Virus record (IMG/VR): IMGVR_UViG_3300044724_004351
Location: 1-30,163 of that record
Direction: 5' to 3' (one strand)
Source: a virus
Taxonomy: Duplodnaviria; Caudoviricetes
DNA length: 30,163 bases
This document shows positions 6,655-16,900 of this stretch, one piece after another; the stretch's first letter is position 1, and each line of letters starts with the position of its first letter. The notes beneath the pieces were generated by a model. The model made no database searches. It saw only the letters and a list, made by a program, of their open reading frames with translations, and had not been told where the DNA came from. Both the position numbers and the translations under genes were made by a program.

Positions 6655-6949
6655 CTTTCTTTGGCTCCACAGCGGAAATAACTTCTGGTTCTTTTTTCTG
6701 TACTACTTTGGCATTTACACCACCGCCATTTTTAGCAGGGCTCAATCCAAATGCAGCTAAAGATCCAGAAAAAACAGAAGCAATAAACGTAGGATCAAAG
6801 TCTAAAATCTTTTGACCATTTGGAAGACGAACATACGAAAATGTTAGAAGTGAAGCGGACCAAATTAGTATCACTACTTTAACCAAATCACCTAACCATT
6901 CTTTCTTTTCATCATGGTCCCTTTCTTCTAATGGTTTTTTAATTACCAT
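6638..6949 (-). CDS. Two-transmembrane protein (holin-like topology, unproven)
   Basis: Two hydrophobic helices (LVKVVILIWSASLLTFSYV; FIASVFSGSLAAFGL) with charged termini. Confidence 0.75.
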   Translation of the reverse strand: MVIKKPLEERDHDEKKEWLGDLVKVVILIWSASLLTFSYVRLPNGQKILDFDPTFIASVFSGSLAAFGLSPAKNGGGVNAKVVQKKEPEVISAVEPKKDAKIN

Positions 6950-6970
6950 CTATAAGAAGCAAGGCATCAC

Positions 6971-6986
6971 TATTTATCAATAAATA
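6971..6986. promoter_or_regulatory. Back-to-back divergent late promoters
   Basis: TATTTAT (6971-6977, minus ATAAATA) and ATAAATA (6980-6986, plus) between divergent genes. Confidence 0.7.
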
Positions 6987-7009
6987 AACATGATAAGTGT
7001 TCTCTAACG

Positions 7010-9295
7010 ATGGCAAAGAAAAGGTTTAACAAATTTGGATTAAAGAGAGACCTGAATTTATCTGATGTTCCTAATAAAACTCAAGCACTCAACAACCTTT
7101 TATCTGGTCTTGCTACAGGCACGGAAACTTTTACTACAGAAGATTTAAATGTAATAAGAGATATAAACTTAACGGATGTAACAAATTCAACGTTTGAATC
7201 TGTCTCAAATATTACTGTTAAAAAATTAACATCAAACGGTCAATTAAGAACTTACGATCCTTTAATTACATTATCAAATAGATTTGATAAAGCATACTTT
7301 ACTACAGCAAATCCATTTTTCTATGGAGGGGATGGACTTGACGCATCTTATTATGATACAGAAGCAATCATAAGAACAACTCCTGGAGATGCATCAAGTG
7401 ACTTTACTGGTTTAAATTCTAACCTAGTATTAAAATCAGATAACGAATGGGGATATGGGAATTTTCTTTTTGGATCTAGATTTACAGCAGAAACTACCAC
7501 TTCTTTTGGAGCAGTTCAATGGGAAGGATACATTAAACCATTTGTTGATGGAAACCATACATTATTAATAAGAACAAATTGTTTTTTAAAAGTAGAATTT
7601 GACGACAAAACCGAATCAAGAGGATTTACTTACGATCCAAGTACAGATACATATGATTACAACAACTATGACTTTACTAAATTAACTACACTAGTAGACA
7701 AAACAAAACTAGATCAATCAAGCGATTTAGAAACTGCAGTTATTAGCGGAACATCACAATCACTTGGGATTAATGAAACAACTTCTGTTTCTTTAGGTTC
7801 TTTAGTAGCATGGGAAGCATATAAAATAAGAATAACTTTGTTCGTAGATCAAGAATCTGTTCCAGAAAATAGATTTATAGATAAAAATATTGACTTTAAT
7901 TTTATACCTCCTTCGTCTAGTGTTGAATTAAATATAAACTATAAACTTTTATATGGTAAAGAATATTTTCAAAACTACGACATCGGAGATTTTAAAGAAT
8001 TCGTTGATAACTCTATCGGTGTTGGCGGAACAGAGGTAGGATTAAAAGGAACTATTGGTGATGTTCAAGGAACTTTTGGAAGTCAAACTCCAGGAATTGG
8101 AGATAGTTATAGTAATGTAAATAATGTAAATCCAATTATTTCATACTACAAATTTCCAAATAGTAGAGCAGATGTAGAAACTGTAATAAGTGGATGTAAT
8201 ATTACAAGTGATGTAGATACTATCAGCATTTCAAATAACTCACCAAGTTCAACGGAAGGAATAGAAATTGGTAATTATGTATTTGGCCCAGGCATTCAGT
8301 CAGGGACTAGAGTTATAACAGTTGTAGTTAATAATAGTATACAGATATATCCATCTCCTACTCAAACTACTACTAATGCAGACTTGACTTTTGTTGATCA
8401 CAGAGGGTTAGTTGCATATGGAACGGGTGATGTTTATGAGAATAGAATTGACACTATAACAAATGATTTTAACCTTACAGATATCAAAGAAAATCAAATT
8501 GTTTTATCTGATGGTCTTTCTTTTGTATATAACGACAGTATTGCTAACAGCATAACTCCAGTAAGCACTCCTGTAGTAGGAAGATTGTCAAGTGAATATG
8601 ACGGAACAACAATCTCATTAAAAGATTCTAATACTACCTTAATAGGCAATCAATTATTTTATGTTTATGAAACAACAGGTCTTGTAGATAATGGTTTGAA
8701 AAATTTCTGTCAAGGAGTTTTAAAAGCAAGATTACTAGCATCGCAAACTGATACAACTTCAAATAGTGTTGATATTCTTTTAGACGATGTTACTGGAATC
8801 ACAACAAACATGTTCGTACATGCATTTCCATCCGTAAACTTTGATCAAAGATTAGATGGAACAGAAGATGAGTTGTATAGTAGAGTTCAAGTAACCAACA
8901 TTAACGGTAACACATTAACTATTACTGGTATTGGCGGAATCCCTGCATTATTGTCTGGTCTAGAATACAACCCTGCAAAGATTAAAAACATTGTATTTAC
9001 AGCAACAGATGTAAACAGAGAAATATGTTTTAAACCTACTGATACATCACCTCCATTCTCTGCAAATGCTTCTGGATTAACTACACCATTTAATGTGTCT
9101 CTAGTAAATGATTTTACTAGTAATGGTGGAGGTGTATTAAATAATGACTCAAAAGTAACTTACTCTGCTTTAGAAATTAAACACGACACTAATGTTGCTG
9201 GAAATGTAATAACATACAGCAACGAAAATGTAACTGAGTATCTACCAATAGAAGATGTGGAAGGAAACAATTTTTATATTTTACTAGGCAGCTGA
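7010..9295 (+). CDS. Putative virion/fibre protein with PA14-like carbohydrate-binding domain (761 aa)
   Basis: N-terminal NLSDVPNKTQALNNL fibre-type motif; GLDASYY...VQWEGYIKPFVDGNHTLLIRT...YKIRI is a PA14-like pattern. Confidence 0.7.
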   Translation: MAKKRFNKFGLKRDLNLSDVPNKTQALNNLLSGLATGTETFTTEDLNVIRDINLTDVTNSTFESVSNITVKKLTSNGQLRTYDPLITLSNRFDKAYFTTANPFFYGGDGLDASYYDTEAIIRTTPGDASSDFTGLNSNLVLKSDNEWGYGNFLFGSRFTAETTTSFGAVQWEGYIKPFVDGNHTLLIRTNCFLKVEFDDKTESRGFTYDPSTDTYDYNNYDFTKLTTLVDKTKLDQSSDLETAVISGTSQSLGINETTSVSLGSLVAWEAYKIRITLFVDQESVPENRFIDKNIDFNFIPPSSSVELNINYKLLYGKEYFQNYDIGDFKEFVDNSIGVGGTEVGLKGTIGDVQGTFGSQTPGIGDSYSNVNNVNPIISYYKFPNSRADVETVISGCNITSDVDTISISNNSPSSTEGIEIGNYVFGPGIQSGTRVITVVVNNSIQIYPSPTQTTTNADLTFVDHRGLVAYGTGDVYENRIDTITNDFNLTDIKENQIVLSDGLSFVYNDSIANSITPVSTPVVGRLSSEYDGTTISLKDSNTTLIGNQLFYVYETTGLVDNGLKNFCQGVLKARLLASQTDTTSNSVDILLDDVTGITTNMFVHAFPSVNFDQRLDGTEDELYSRVQVTNINGNTLTITGIGGIPALLSGLEYNPAKIKNIVFTATDVNREICFKPTDTSPPFSANASGLTTPFNVSLVNDFTSNGGGVLNNDSKVTYSALEIKHDTNVAGNVITYSNENVTEYLPIEDVEGNNFYILLGS

Positions 9296-10651
9296 ATCAG
9301 TTAAAAGTAAATTATATTCTTCACCATTGATAAGGACTGGAAGTTTGTGAGTAAACTTTTGATTTGGAGTAATGTTTGGAGCACTTTCAACAACCACAGA
9401 TTGAATATTGTCAACAGAGATTGGATCTCCTTTTAATATCATGTTACCAATACTCATCTCTTGCTGAGTTGGATCGCTTCCAGCACCCAAAGAAGCAGCA
9501 GAGTATTCTAATGTAGATATAGAAGAGTTAAGTTCCCATGGCGATGTGTTATCAGAAAAAGATCGCAACTTAATAATATTTTCTTTTGACGAATTTGGAT
9601 CAAGGATAAAAATTCCAGGACTTGTTTCTCCAAATATTTCTGCCGTCCCATCATTAAAATTATCTGGATCAATAGTAGTTAAATTGCCTTCAAGTTTAAT
9701 AGGATTTTCTGAAAAAACATTATTGATTGATCTAACATATTTTGTTTGCTTAAAGAAATTAGAAGAGTCTAATATGATTTCAAGGTAATCAAAATTATCA
9801 TTAATACTTCTATCTCTAATATCATTTGAAAATAAAAATTGTTCATCTTCTCCTGCAAATTCAGAATCTGGAAATGTAAGATTGATTAAATTTTGTTGGA
9901 CTACTTCATTGGTACGTTCAAAAACTAATGGGTTATCTACAGGGTCAGACAATAAAAGTGGATTAACTAATTGACCTCTTACATATTCTGTTGCAATTTG
10001 AAATCTATCAGTTCCATTAGACAAAACCACATAGTATTGCTGACTATATGATAAAGGACTTGGCAAAGGCAAGTATTCATTTACAGCATAAACATACCTG
10101 GTACTTTGATCTGGAGGAAGATTAGCGGATGGAGCAAAGTTTCCAGGAGGATTAGTAAATCTTTCAGAATACCCAATATCTTGTAATACCAAACTATTAA
10201 CAGAGGTAATAGATTTTATTAAAAATCCTTTGTTATTAAAAAATATAGGTGAAGGACCATCAAAATAAGAATCAACTATTGTCATTCTACTACCAATAGA
10301 AATATTAGTTAATTCATGAGGACTGGCAAATGTAATTGTTAGTTCATCATTTTGATAATCATATACAATATTATCAATTTTTCTTGCGCCTTTAAAATAT
10401 ATTACATCACCATTTCCATAACAAGACAAAAGATCAAAAGTAAATAAAGTACTTTGCCCTAAAACAGATACAGAAAATCCCTCTTCATTTGGTTTATATA
10501 AAAGTTTAGTTGAATTTTTAGTATTGGCATAAAAAACTGAGAGGTCACTTGAAATACTACCACTACCTAAGTTGTTTATAGTTAAAGTTTTGTCAGGAGT
10601 TTCTTCTAAATTTAAATCTCTGACATATCCTTGATTAGATGTTATTGCCAT
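9284..10651 (-). CDS. Putative virion structural protein (455 aa)
   Basis: N-terminal GYVRDLNLEETPDKTLTINNLG and C-terminal FTHKLPVLINGEEYNLLL motifs shared with neighbours. Confidence 0.7.
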   Translation of the reverse strand: MAITSNQGYVRDLNLEETPDKTLTINNLGSGSISSDLSVFYANTKNSTKLLYKPNEEGFSVSVLGQSTLFTFDLLSCYGNGDVIYFKGARKIDNIVYDYQNDELTITFASPHELTNISIGSRMTIVDSYFDGPSPIFFNNKGFLIKSITSVNSLVLQDIGYSERFTNPPGNFAPSANLPPDQSTRYVYAVNEYLPLPSPLSYSQQYYVVLSNGTDRFQIATEYVRGQLVNPLLLSDPVDNPLVFERTNEVVQQNLINLTFPDSEFAGEDEQFLFSNDIRDRSINDNFDYLEIILDSSNFFKQTKYVRSINNVFSENPIKLEGNLTTIDPDNFNDGTAEIFGETSPGIFILDPNSSKENIIKLRSFSDNTSPWELNSSISTLEYSAASLGAGSDPTQQEMSIGNMILKGDPISVDNIQSVVVESAPNITPNQKFTHKLPVLINGEEYNLLLTDSAA

Positions 10652-13600
10652 TAGTTACTTATCTGAACTGACCAACCTTTTGATCTTAAAAATTCTGCTG
10701 CTGCAATACCAACAAAGAGACTAGTGTCTACTACGGAAGTAATACTTTGAACTGTCAAATTCAATTCTCTAGTTATTATATTTCCATCTATGTCTTCAAA
10801 TCTAATGTTTGATGGTGTTGTTAATTGATCATCAACAGAATAAAAAGCTCCACCACTATTTATTGTTACATTATAGGATGCACTATTATAATATCTTTCA
10901 ATAATAGAACTAACACTAACAGTAACATCGCTTTGTATGGTAATAGTATCTCCTGCAGTATATCCTGCCCCTCCAGAAACTAAAGTTAATCCTGTTACTT
11001 TTCCAGTACCATCAACAGAAACAGATACTTGAGCTGCACTACCACCTGCTGGCGGATTTTCATCAGCAAATGTTCCACTAGTATATGGAGATGGAGTATC
11101 AGAAACACTAGCAACATTAATTACAATAGTGTTTTGAACGGTAATAGTATCTCCTGCAGTATATCCTTGACCACCAGATAAAATTCCTACATTAGTAACT
11201 TCACCATTTACATCAGTAGTAATAGTAACAGAGGCTGCAACACCTCCTGCTGGTGGATTTTGATCTGTAAAATTACCAGAATTATATGGAGAAGATGGAG
11301 CAGTATAAGTTCCTAATCCATCAACTATACCTTGCGGTTGAACATTTCTAGGGGCATTAAATGAAGTTGATATTTGCGTAACAACATTTTGATCATAACT
11401 AGAAGAAACATCAAATTTTATTTGAGATGATACTCCACTTCCACCACTAAAATTTAACGTATAACTTTGATTTACAGGGAAGTAATTAAGAGGGACATTA
11501 ATATTATTACCAAATCCAGTTATCACACCATTTTCAATTGTAGGTTGATTAATAGGATCAAACGCAGATATAATTCCAGGCGTTACAGGATATGGAGAAG
11601 GAGAATCATTTGATCCACTTAAATTAACTACTACAGATCTACGATTAAATACACTATAGTTATCAACAAGATCAAATAATATGTTATCAACTGCAGTTCT
11701 AGATAATATGTTTGAAGAAAGATCTAAAAATTTTAATTTTGATAATGACTCAAGTCCAGAACCCCTAGCGTAACTAGTGTATTGATTATTAGACAAATCA
11801 ACTGTTTCTACAATAGGACAAGACACTCCTAAATTAGGCAAACTATCAGTAAAGTTATTAGAAGATGCAAGTAAAGTTTTTAAATTAACTACATTAAAAC
11901 CACTAGAAATAGAATCTAAATTATTATTTGAAACATTTATATAGGTCAAAGAGGGTTTATTATTGTATTGCAAATTTCCTGTAAAATTATTGGATTGTAA
12001 GAAAATATTTACTATGTTATTTGCACTAGCAAAATTTGGTAATGTGGATGACCATCCTTGATCACTGCTTCTAACATCTACTAATGCAGTACAAGTTTCT
12101 AAGTTTGGAAATGCTCCTGTAAATCTTCCTGTAGCATACAAACGAAGACTTCTAAGAGTATCTTCTACAGGTAAGAAAGTATTAACATCTATAGGACCAG
12201 CAAAATTTACATTGTTTACACTCAAGTAAAAATTTTCTAGAGATACAGCATCAACAAAAGTGTCATCATATAAACATTTTATGTCTGTTCCTTTTTCTGG
12301 TCTTCCTGCAATTAAATTGTTACAAAAACGAAGATCAAGAGTTCTCAAACTTCTGTTCCCTATAAATTTTGGAATATACCCAGACACAGAAGTGTTTGAA
12401 TATAAAGAAAAATTTGTAAGACTTGTACATCCACTAAACTTATAAGAAGCATCTGTCAATCCTACTGGTTCAGGTAAAGTTCCATCCCAATTATTAAACA
12501 ACGATCCAAATCCAGTTTGATTAAATGCAGAAGAAAATGTAACTAAAGCACCTTTGTTTTGCATGTTAGGGCAACTAAGTTTAGTAGCTCCAATATCAAC
12601 TGTTACGATATTATTACTAGCGATTTGAAAATTATTTTTTTCTAAATTGCGATTAGAATATACAAGTAATGTTTCTAAAGAACTTAATTGTTCTATTGAT
12701 AGTTCATTGTTTGCATTATTTGGTGATCCTATGCTTCTAAAGTCATTAGAAGACGCATTTAAATATCTAAGTTTATGCGTATCAGTATTATTAATATCGC
12801 CAAAAAAGAAAGGCAATTCTCCATTAGGATTTGTAGTATCTGGGTAGAATATATTACTAATATTGTCAGGAGTGTTTATATCTAAACGTATTAGATCTTC
12901 AAATTTTGTAAAAATTCCTTGTTCAATACCACCAACAAAACAATTTTGTAAATAAATTTCTCTAAGTGTACCTGGTAATTTATCAGCGATGTTTTGGTTT
13001 AATCTTCTTTCATTTGCATCACTAGAATTAAAAAATTTATTATTTCGTAAATCTAATTTTTCTAAAGAAGGTGCTAAGAAATTTACATCTGGAAAATCTA
13101 CAAGTCCATTGTTTTGAAAAATAAAATTATTTAAAAGATCAAATCTTATTTTTGGAAGTGATCTTATATTACTATTAGAAATAGATATGGATGTAATTTG
13201 AAGAGGATTTTTATAAATTTCAATAGTTCTTTGATCTGCAAGTGGATTTTTATAATCCAATCTATTTCCAAGATTTGAAAAGTCTTCTATTCCTGAAGTT
13301 GATATGACTCTCCAACTTGCAGACACTCCTCCGTTGGTTTCAATTTCTGCCAAAAAATTTCTAAAGTATCCAGTAAATTTAATTGGAATACCTTTCATTG
13401 CATAGATGTATTTGTCAACTCCATTTAAATTAATTTTAATTCTATGAGTTGGAACTTCAGAATCAAATTGTTTTGTATTTGCAATCGTTCTTGTTTTTAT
13501 CTTACCAACTTTTAAAGTTCCACCAATTTCTACATCAGCACCATATGAAATGGTATTGCCAATAGTGCTCCAAGAACTAACTCTTGATGTAGAGATGTCA

Positions 13601-13986
13601 CCCCATTTTAAAACAGGTGTAGATCCAGGAGTTGAAGGATCTGGTTCTGTATCTAGTATAGGATACCTAAAAGCAGTAGAACCAATTCCACCAGCAACTT
13701 TAAGATTCCCTCTTAATTGAAAATCGGCACCACCAGAATCAGATAAAAGACCAGAGTAAGTCGTAACATCGTTTATGTATCTATCAAAAGTTTTCCATAC
13801 AGGAACATTTAAATTAGAAATAGTTTGAAGATCTTCCCTGTCAAATTCAAGCGTAGATATATCTCTAATAACTTCAAGATCTTGTTTATTGATACCAAGA
13901 TTCACCAAAGCGGTATTCCTGTCTGGAATATCAGCAAGCGATAAAGAAGCAGAAAGTCCAAATATCCTATCATTTTTAATAGCCAT
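10651..13986 (-). CDS. Leucine-rich-repeat putative virion protein (1111 aa)
   Basis: Many LxxLxLxxNxF/L repeats (LEKLDLRNNKF, LKTLLASSNNFTDSLP, LKFLDLSSNIL); N-terminal LADIPDRNTALVNLG; C-terminal GGxGYTAGDTIT repeats. Confidence 0.85.
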   Translation of the reverse strand: MAIKNDRIFGLSASLSLADIPDRNTALVNLGINKQDLEVIRDISTLEFDREDLQTISNLNVPVWKTFDRYINDVTTYSGLLSDSGGADFQLRGNLKVAGGIGSTAFRYPILDTEPDPSTPGSTPVLKWGDISTSRVSSWSTIGNTISYGADVEIGGTLKVGKIKTRTIANTKQFDSEVPTHRIKINLNGVDKYIYAMKGIPIKFTGYFRNFLAEIETNGGVSASWRVISTSGIEDFSNLGNRLDYKNPLADQRTIEIYKNPLQITSISISNSNIRSLPKIRFDLLNNFIFQNNGLVDFPDVNFLAPSLEKLDLRNNKFFNSSDANERRLNQNIADKLPGTLREIYLQNCFVGGIEQGIFTKFEDLIRLDINTPDNISNIFYPDTTNPNGELPFFFGDINNTDTHKLRYLNASSNDFRSIGSPNNANNELSIEQLSSLETLLVYSNRNLEKNNFQIASNNIVTVDIGATKLSCPNMQNKGALVTFSSAFNQTGFGSLFNNWDGTLPEPVGLTDASYKFSGCTSLTNFSLYSNTSVSGYIPKFIGNRSLRTLDLRFCNNLIAGRPEKGTDIKCLYDDTFVDAVSLENFYLSVNNVNFAGPIDVNTFLPVEDTLRSLRLYATGRFTGAFPNLETCTALVDVRSSDQGWSSTLPNFASANNIVNIFLQSNNFTGNLQYNNKPSLTYINVSNNNLDSISSGFNVVNLKTLLASSNNFTDSLPNLGVSCPIVETVDLSNNQYTSYARGSGLESLSKLKFLDLSSNILSRTAVDNILFDLVDNYSVFNRRSVVVNLSGSNDSPSPYPVTPGIISAFDPINQPTIENGVITGFGNNINVPLNYFPVNQSYTLNFSGGSGVSSQIKFDVSSSYDQNVVTQISTSFNAPRNVQPQGIVDGLGTYTAPSSPYNSGNFTDQNPPAGGVAASVTITTDVNGEVTNVGILSGGQGYTAGDTITVQNTIVINVASVSDTPSPYTSGTFADENPPAGGSAAQVSVSVDGTGKVTGLTLVSGGAGYTAGDTITIQSDVTVSVSSIIERYYNSASYNVTINSGGAFYSVDDQLTTPSNIRFEDIDGNIITRELNLTVQSITSVVDTSLFVGIAAAEFLRSKGWSVQISN
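10900..11300 (-). repeat. Tandem 201-nt (67 aa) duplication in the LRR gene
   Basis: SPYxSGxFxDxNPPAGG...SGGxGYTAGDTITxQ occurs twice; identical 28-mer GGTAATAGTATCTCCTGCAGTATATCCT at 10939-10966 and 11140-11167. Confidence 0.9.
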
Positions 13987-13990
13987 ATTT

Positions 13991-16900
13991 TTACTGCTCT
14001 ACGTAAGTTAATGTTCCTTGTATACTTCTATCATTAGTTGGATCTGTTTCTTTTGATGTTGCTAGAAAGAAGTATGCTGTAGTATTTAGAAGATCTGGTG
14101 TAATAGTTTCCTTATCAAAATTAAATATTTTATCATAGTCTATCGTTTTGGTTCCTTGCCCAACATAAATTTTATCAATGATTTCATATGGTCTTAATTG
14201 TGCTTGATTTTGAACATCAATAAGTGCAGACGACAACCTATCACTGTCAACAAAATTTGGTGGTGCTTCATTCAAACTTCCAGTTGTCACCGTTGTGTCT
14301 CCAATAGGACCAATTTCAATATCTTCATTTGTAACAGTCATACTGTTAGATACAAACCAATTAGGATTATATGAATTAACATTTTCTCCTTCTTCTTTTA
14401 TCTCAAGACCGTTTGCTCTAGCACCATCTTTCATCTCAACAAAAAAGTATAATGGGAATGGATTATAATCAAAAGCTTTTGTTGCTAACTTCCTAAAACT
14501 TTCAAGAGATATAGGAATATACCATATAATAAGAGTAGTGATATTAAATTGAGGTTGTCCAGGAAGATGATCTGTTAATTTAATAAGTTTATAAGTAACA
14601 GGATTTTGTGGATCAGATGAGGAATCACTATAAGTTATTATATCAGAATCAAAACGAATTCCAGATCCATTTACTGGTGGATTTGTAGCATTTTGTGGAT
14701 CACTTTGATTAAATCCAACCTCAGCATTTTGTGGGTTAAAGTTAAATGGGAACGATGTTGATCTTATGTAATAAGCATTTGGATCAAAAGTAGGATTGCT
14801 TGCTTGAACATCTGCAAGAGGCAACTCAGTTCCATAAACTTGTTGACATTGAATAAACTGAGCTTGTTCAGTAGTTATGTTTACATAAGCACAAGACCCA
14901 GTGTTTGGTCCATCTGGTTGAGGAATTCTATAGTCAATTGTAAATGCTCTTTGTCCTACAGAATTAAATTCACCTCGTTCATATCCATCTAAATCACGAC
15001 TAATTCCTTCAGAAAATTTTTCTGCAAATAATTTATAATCATCTGTGAATTCTCTAAGATTTCCTTGAGAATCATACCAATTTATTGTATCAACTCCGTC
15101 AAATTCTGGTCTTAAAGAAGTAATTCCTATTTTATAATCTGCAAATTGCCCACTAGAATATGATCCTCCGTCAAGTTTCCCACTTGATAAGAATAATAAT
15201 GTATTTTTTGTTCCAACTACAGGAATAGGTGAAGCAGCTAGTGCATTATACCTAGATAATCTACCATTAAATTCAGAAGGATATAAAGAAAAACCAAGAC
15301 CTTCTCTGAAGAAATTAGGTATTGTTCTACTGATTAAGTAATCTTCTAATTTAAGTTGCTGAGTTCCAGCAACTGCCTCGCTATCAATTGTTCCTAAATT
15401 TGCTGCAGTATATAAGTTTTGTCCACCAATACTTAATAAACTAGTATCATCATATTCTAAAATATACGTGTTGTATATTCTAGAAGCAATTAGTTTTGCT
15501 TTTAAATCCTGATCTAAAAATACAGGTTGTATTTGAACGTTTCCAGTATATACACTTGTTAAAGAATTACTTAAAGTAACTACATTTGTATTGGTATCAA
15601 TATCAGTAATAATTGTTTCAGATGGAATTTCAGAAATGCTATTGTTAAGATCAACAATATCTCCAATCCTAATAAAATCAACATCAGATAGAGTTATTGT
15701 ATTTCCAGAAGATGCAGTAACTTCTTTGGTCAATTCTTTTAGTATTACTCTGCTCCTATCATATCCACCAGGAATGGCAGGAAATACAAATGTTCTTTCG
15801 TCACCCGAATATCCTGAGTTTAAATTTGGTTGATAAGTATGAGAAAATCCAGGACATGCTTTGCACTTTACAACTGTTATTTCTGTAAGTCCAGAAGATG
15901 ACACAGATAATTTTCTAGGGAATATTTGTTTTTTATTTTTAATAATTTCACCCAAAGAATTAGATAATATAGTTTTTGGTTGAATTGCTACTACAGTAGT
16001 AGACAGTTCAGCTCCACCAGATTCAAGAGGTGCAGTCTTTAATGTTGATGTAGCAGATCCAACCTTAAGTGTTCCCTCATCACCTCCGTCAATATAACAT
16101 GACGTTCCATATTTGTATATGTATTGAGGTGTCGTAACATTAATGTGATCAAGTGTTATGAGAGAATATCTAAATTTATAATATGGATCTCCCATGCAGG
16201 GTTTGCCAAGTTTGTTCTCAATAATAAGTCTATGTAACTTAACCCATCTTGCTTCACCATTATTTACAGGAACATATGCATAAAATTGAACACCAATAGC
16301 ACCATACCATCCAAATTCAATCTTATACATAGTGACATTTTCAGCACTCCATAAGTATCCACTAGGACCATTACCATTTAATTGATCACCATTCCATTTA
16401 TCTCTAGAGATAACAGTCTCATATACTTGTTTGTTATCAAGTCCACTAAATGAATTGTTTTGAGTATCTTTTGTTATTAGAATTTGATCTTCAGGATTTA
16501 ATTTATTTTCTTCTAATACATCATTTTCTAAAGGTACAATACTTCTTCTTACAATACTGAAGTTAGATCCTCTTATTTGAAAAACTAAATCATCTGTATT
16601 ATTACCAATACCCCATTCAATAATAACATTATTATCATCCCTAGCATCATTAGATGCTCTTACACCAAAAGTATAACCACTAATTCTTCCTGGTTGATAT
16701 CTAAAAGCTTTTCTAGATTCAAGGTAACCTCTTGTTTGCAGTCCAGTTGAATATCCTGGACGTGATAACTCATCTGATAATATCGTTCCAATAAGTTCAA
16801 GTGGTTGTTGAATATAAGTTAAAATTTTATTTAAATTTTGAACATAATCTGCATCAAGAGGAGAAAGATTAGGACGAAGAAATTCGCCCTTTATCATTTT

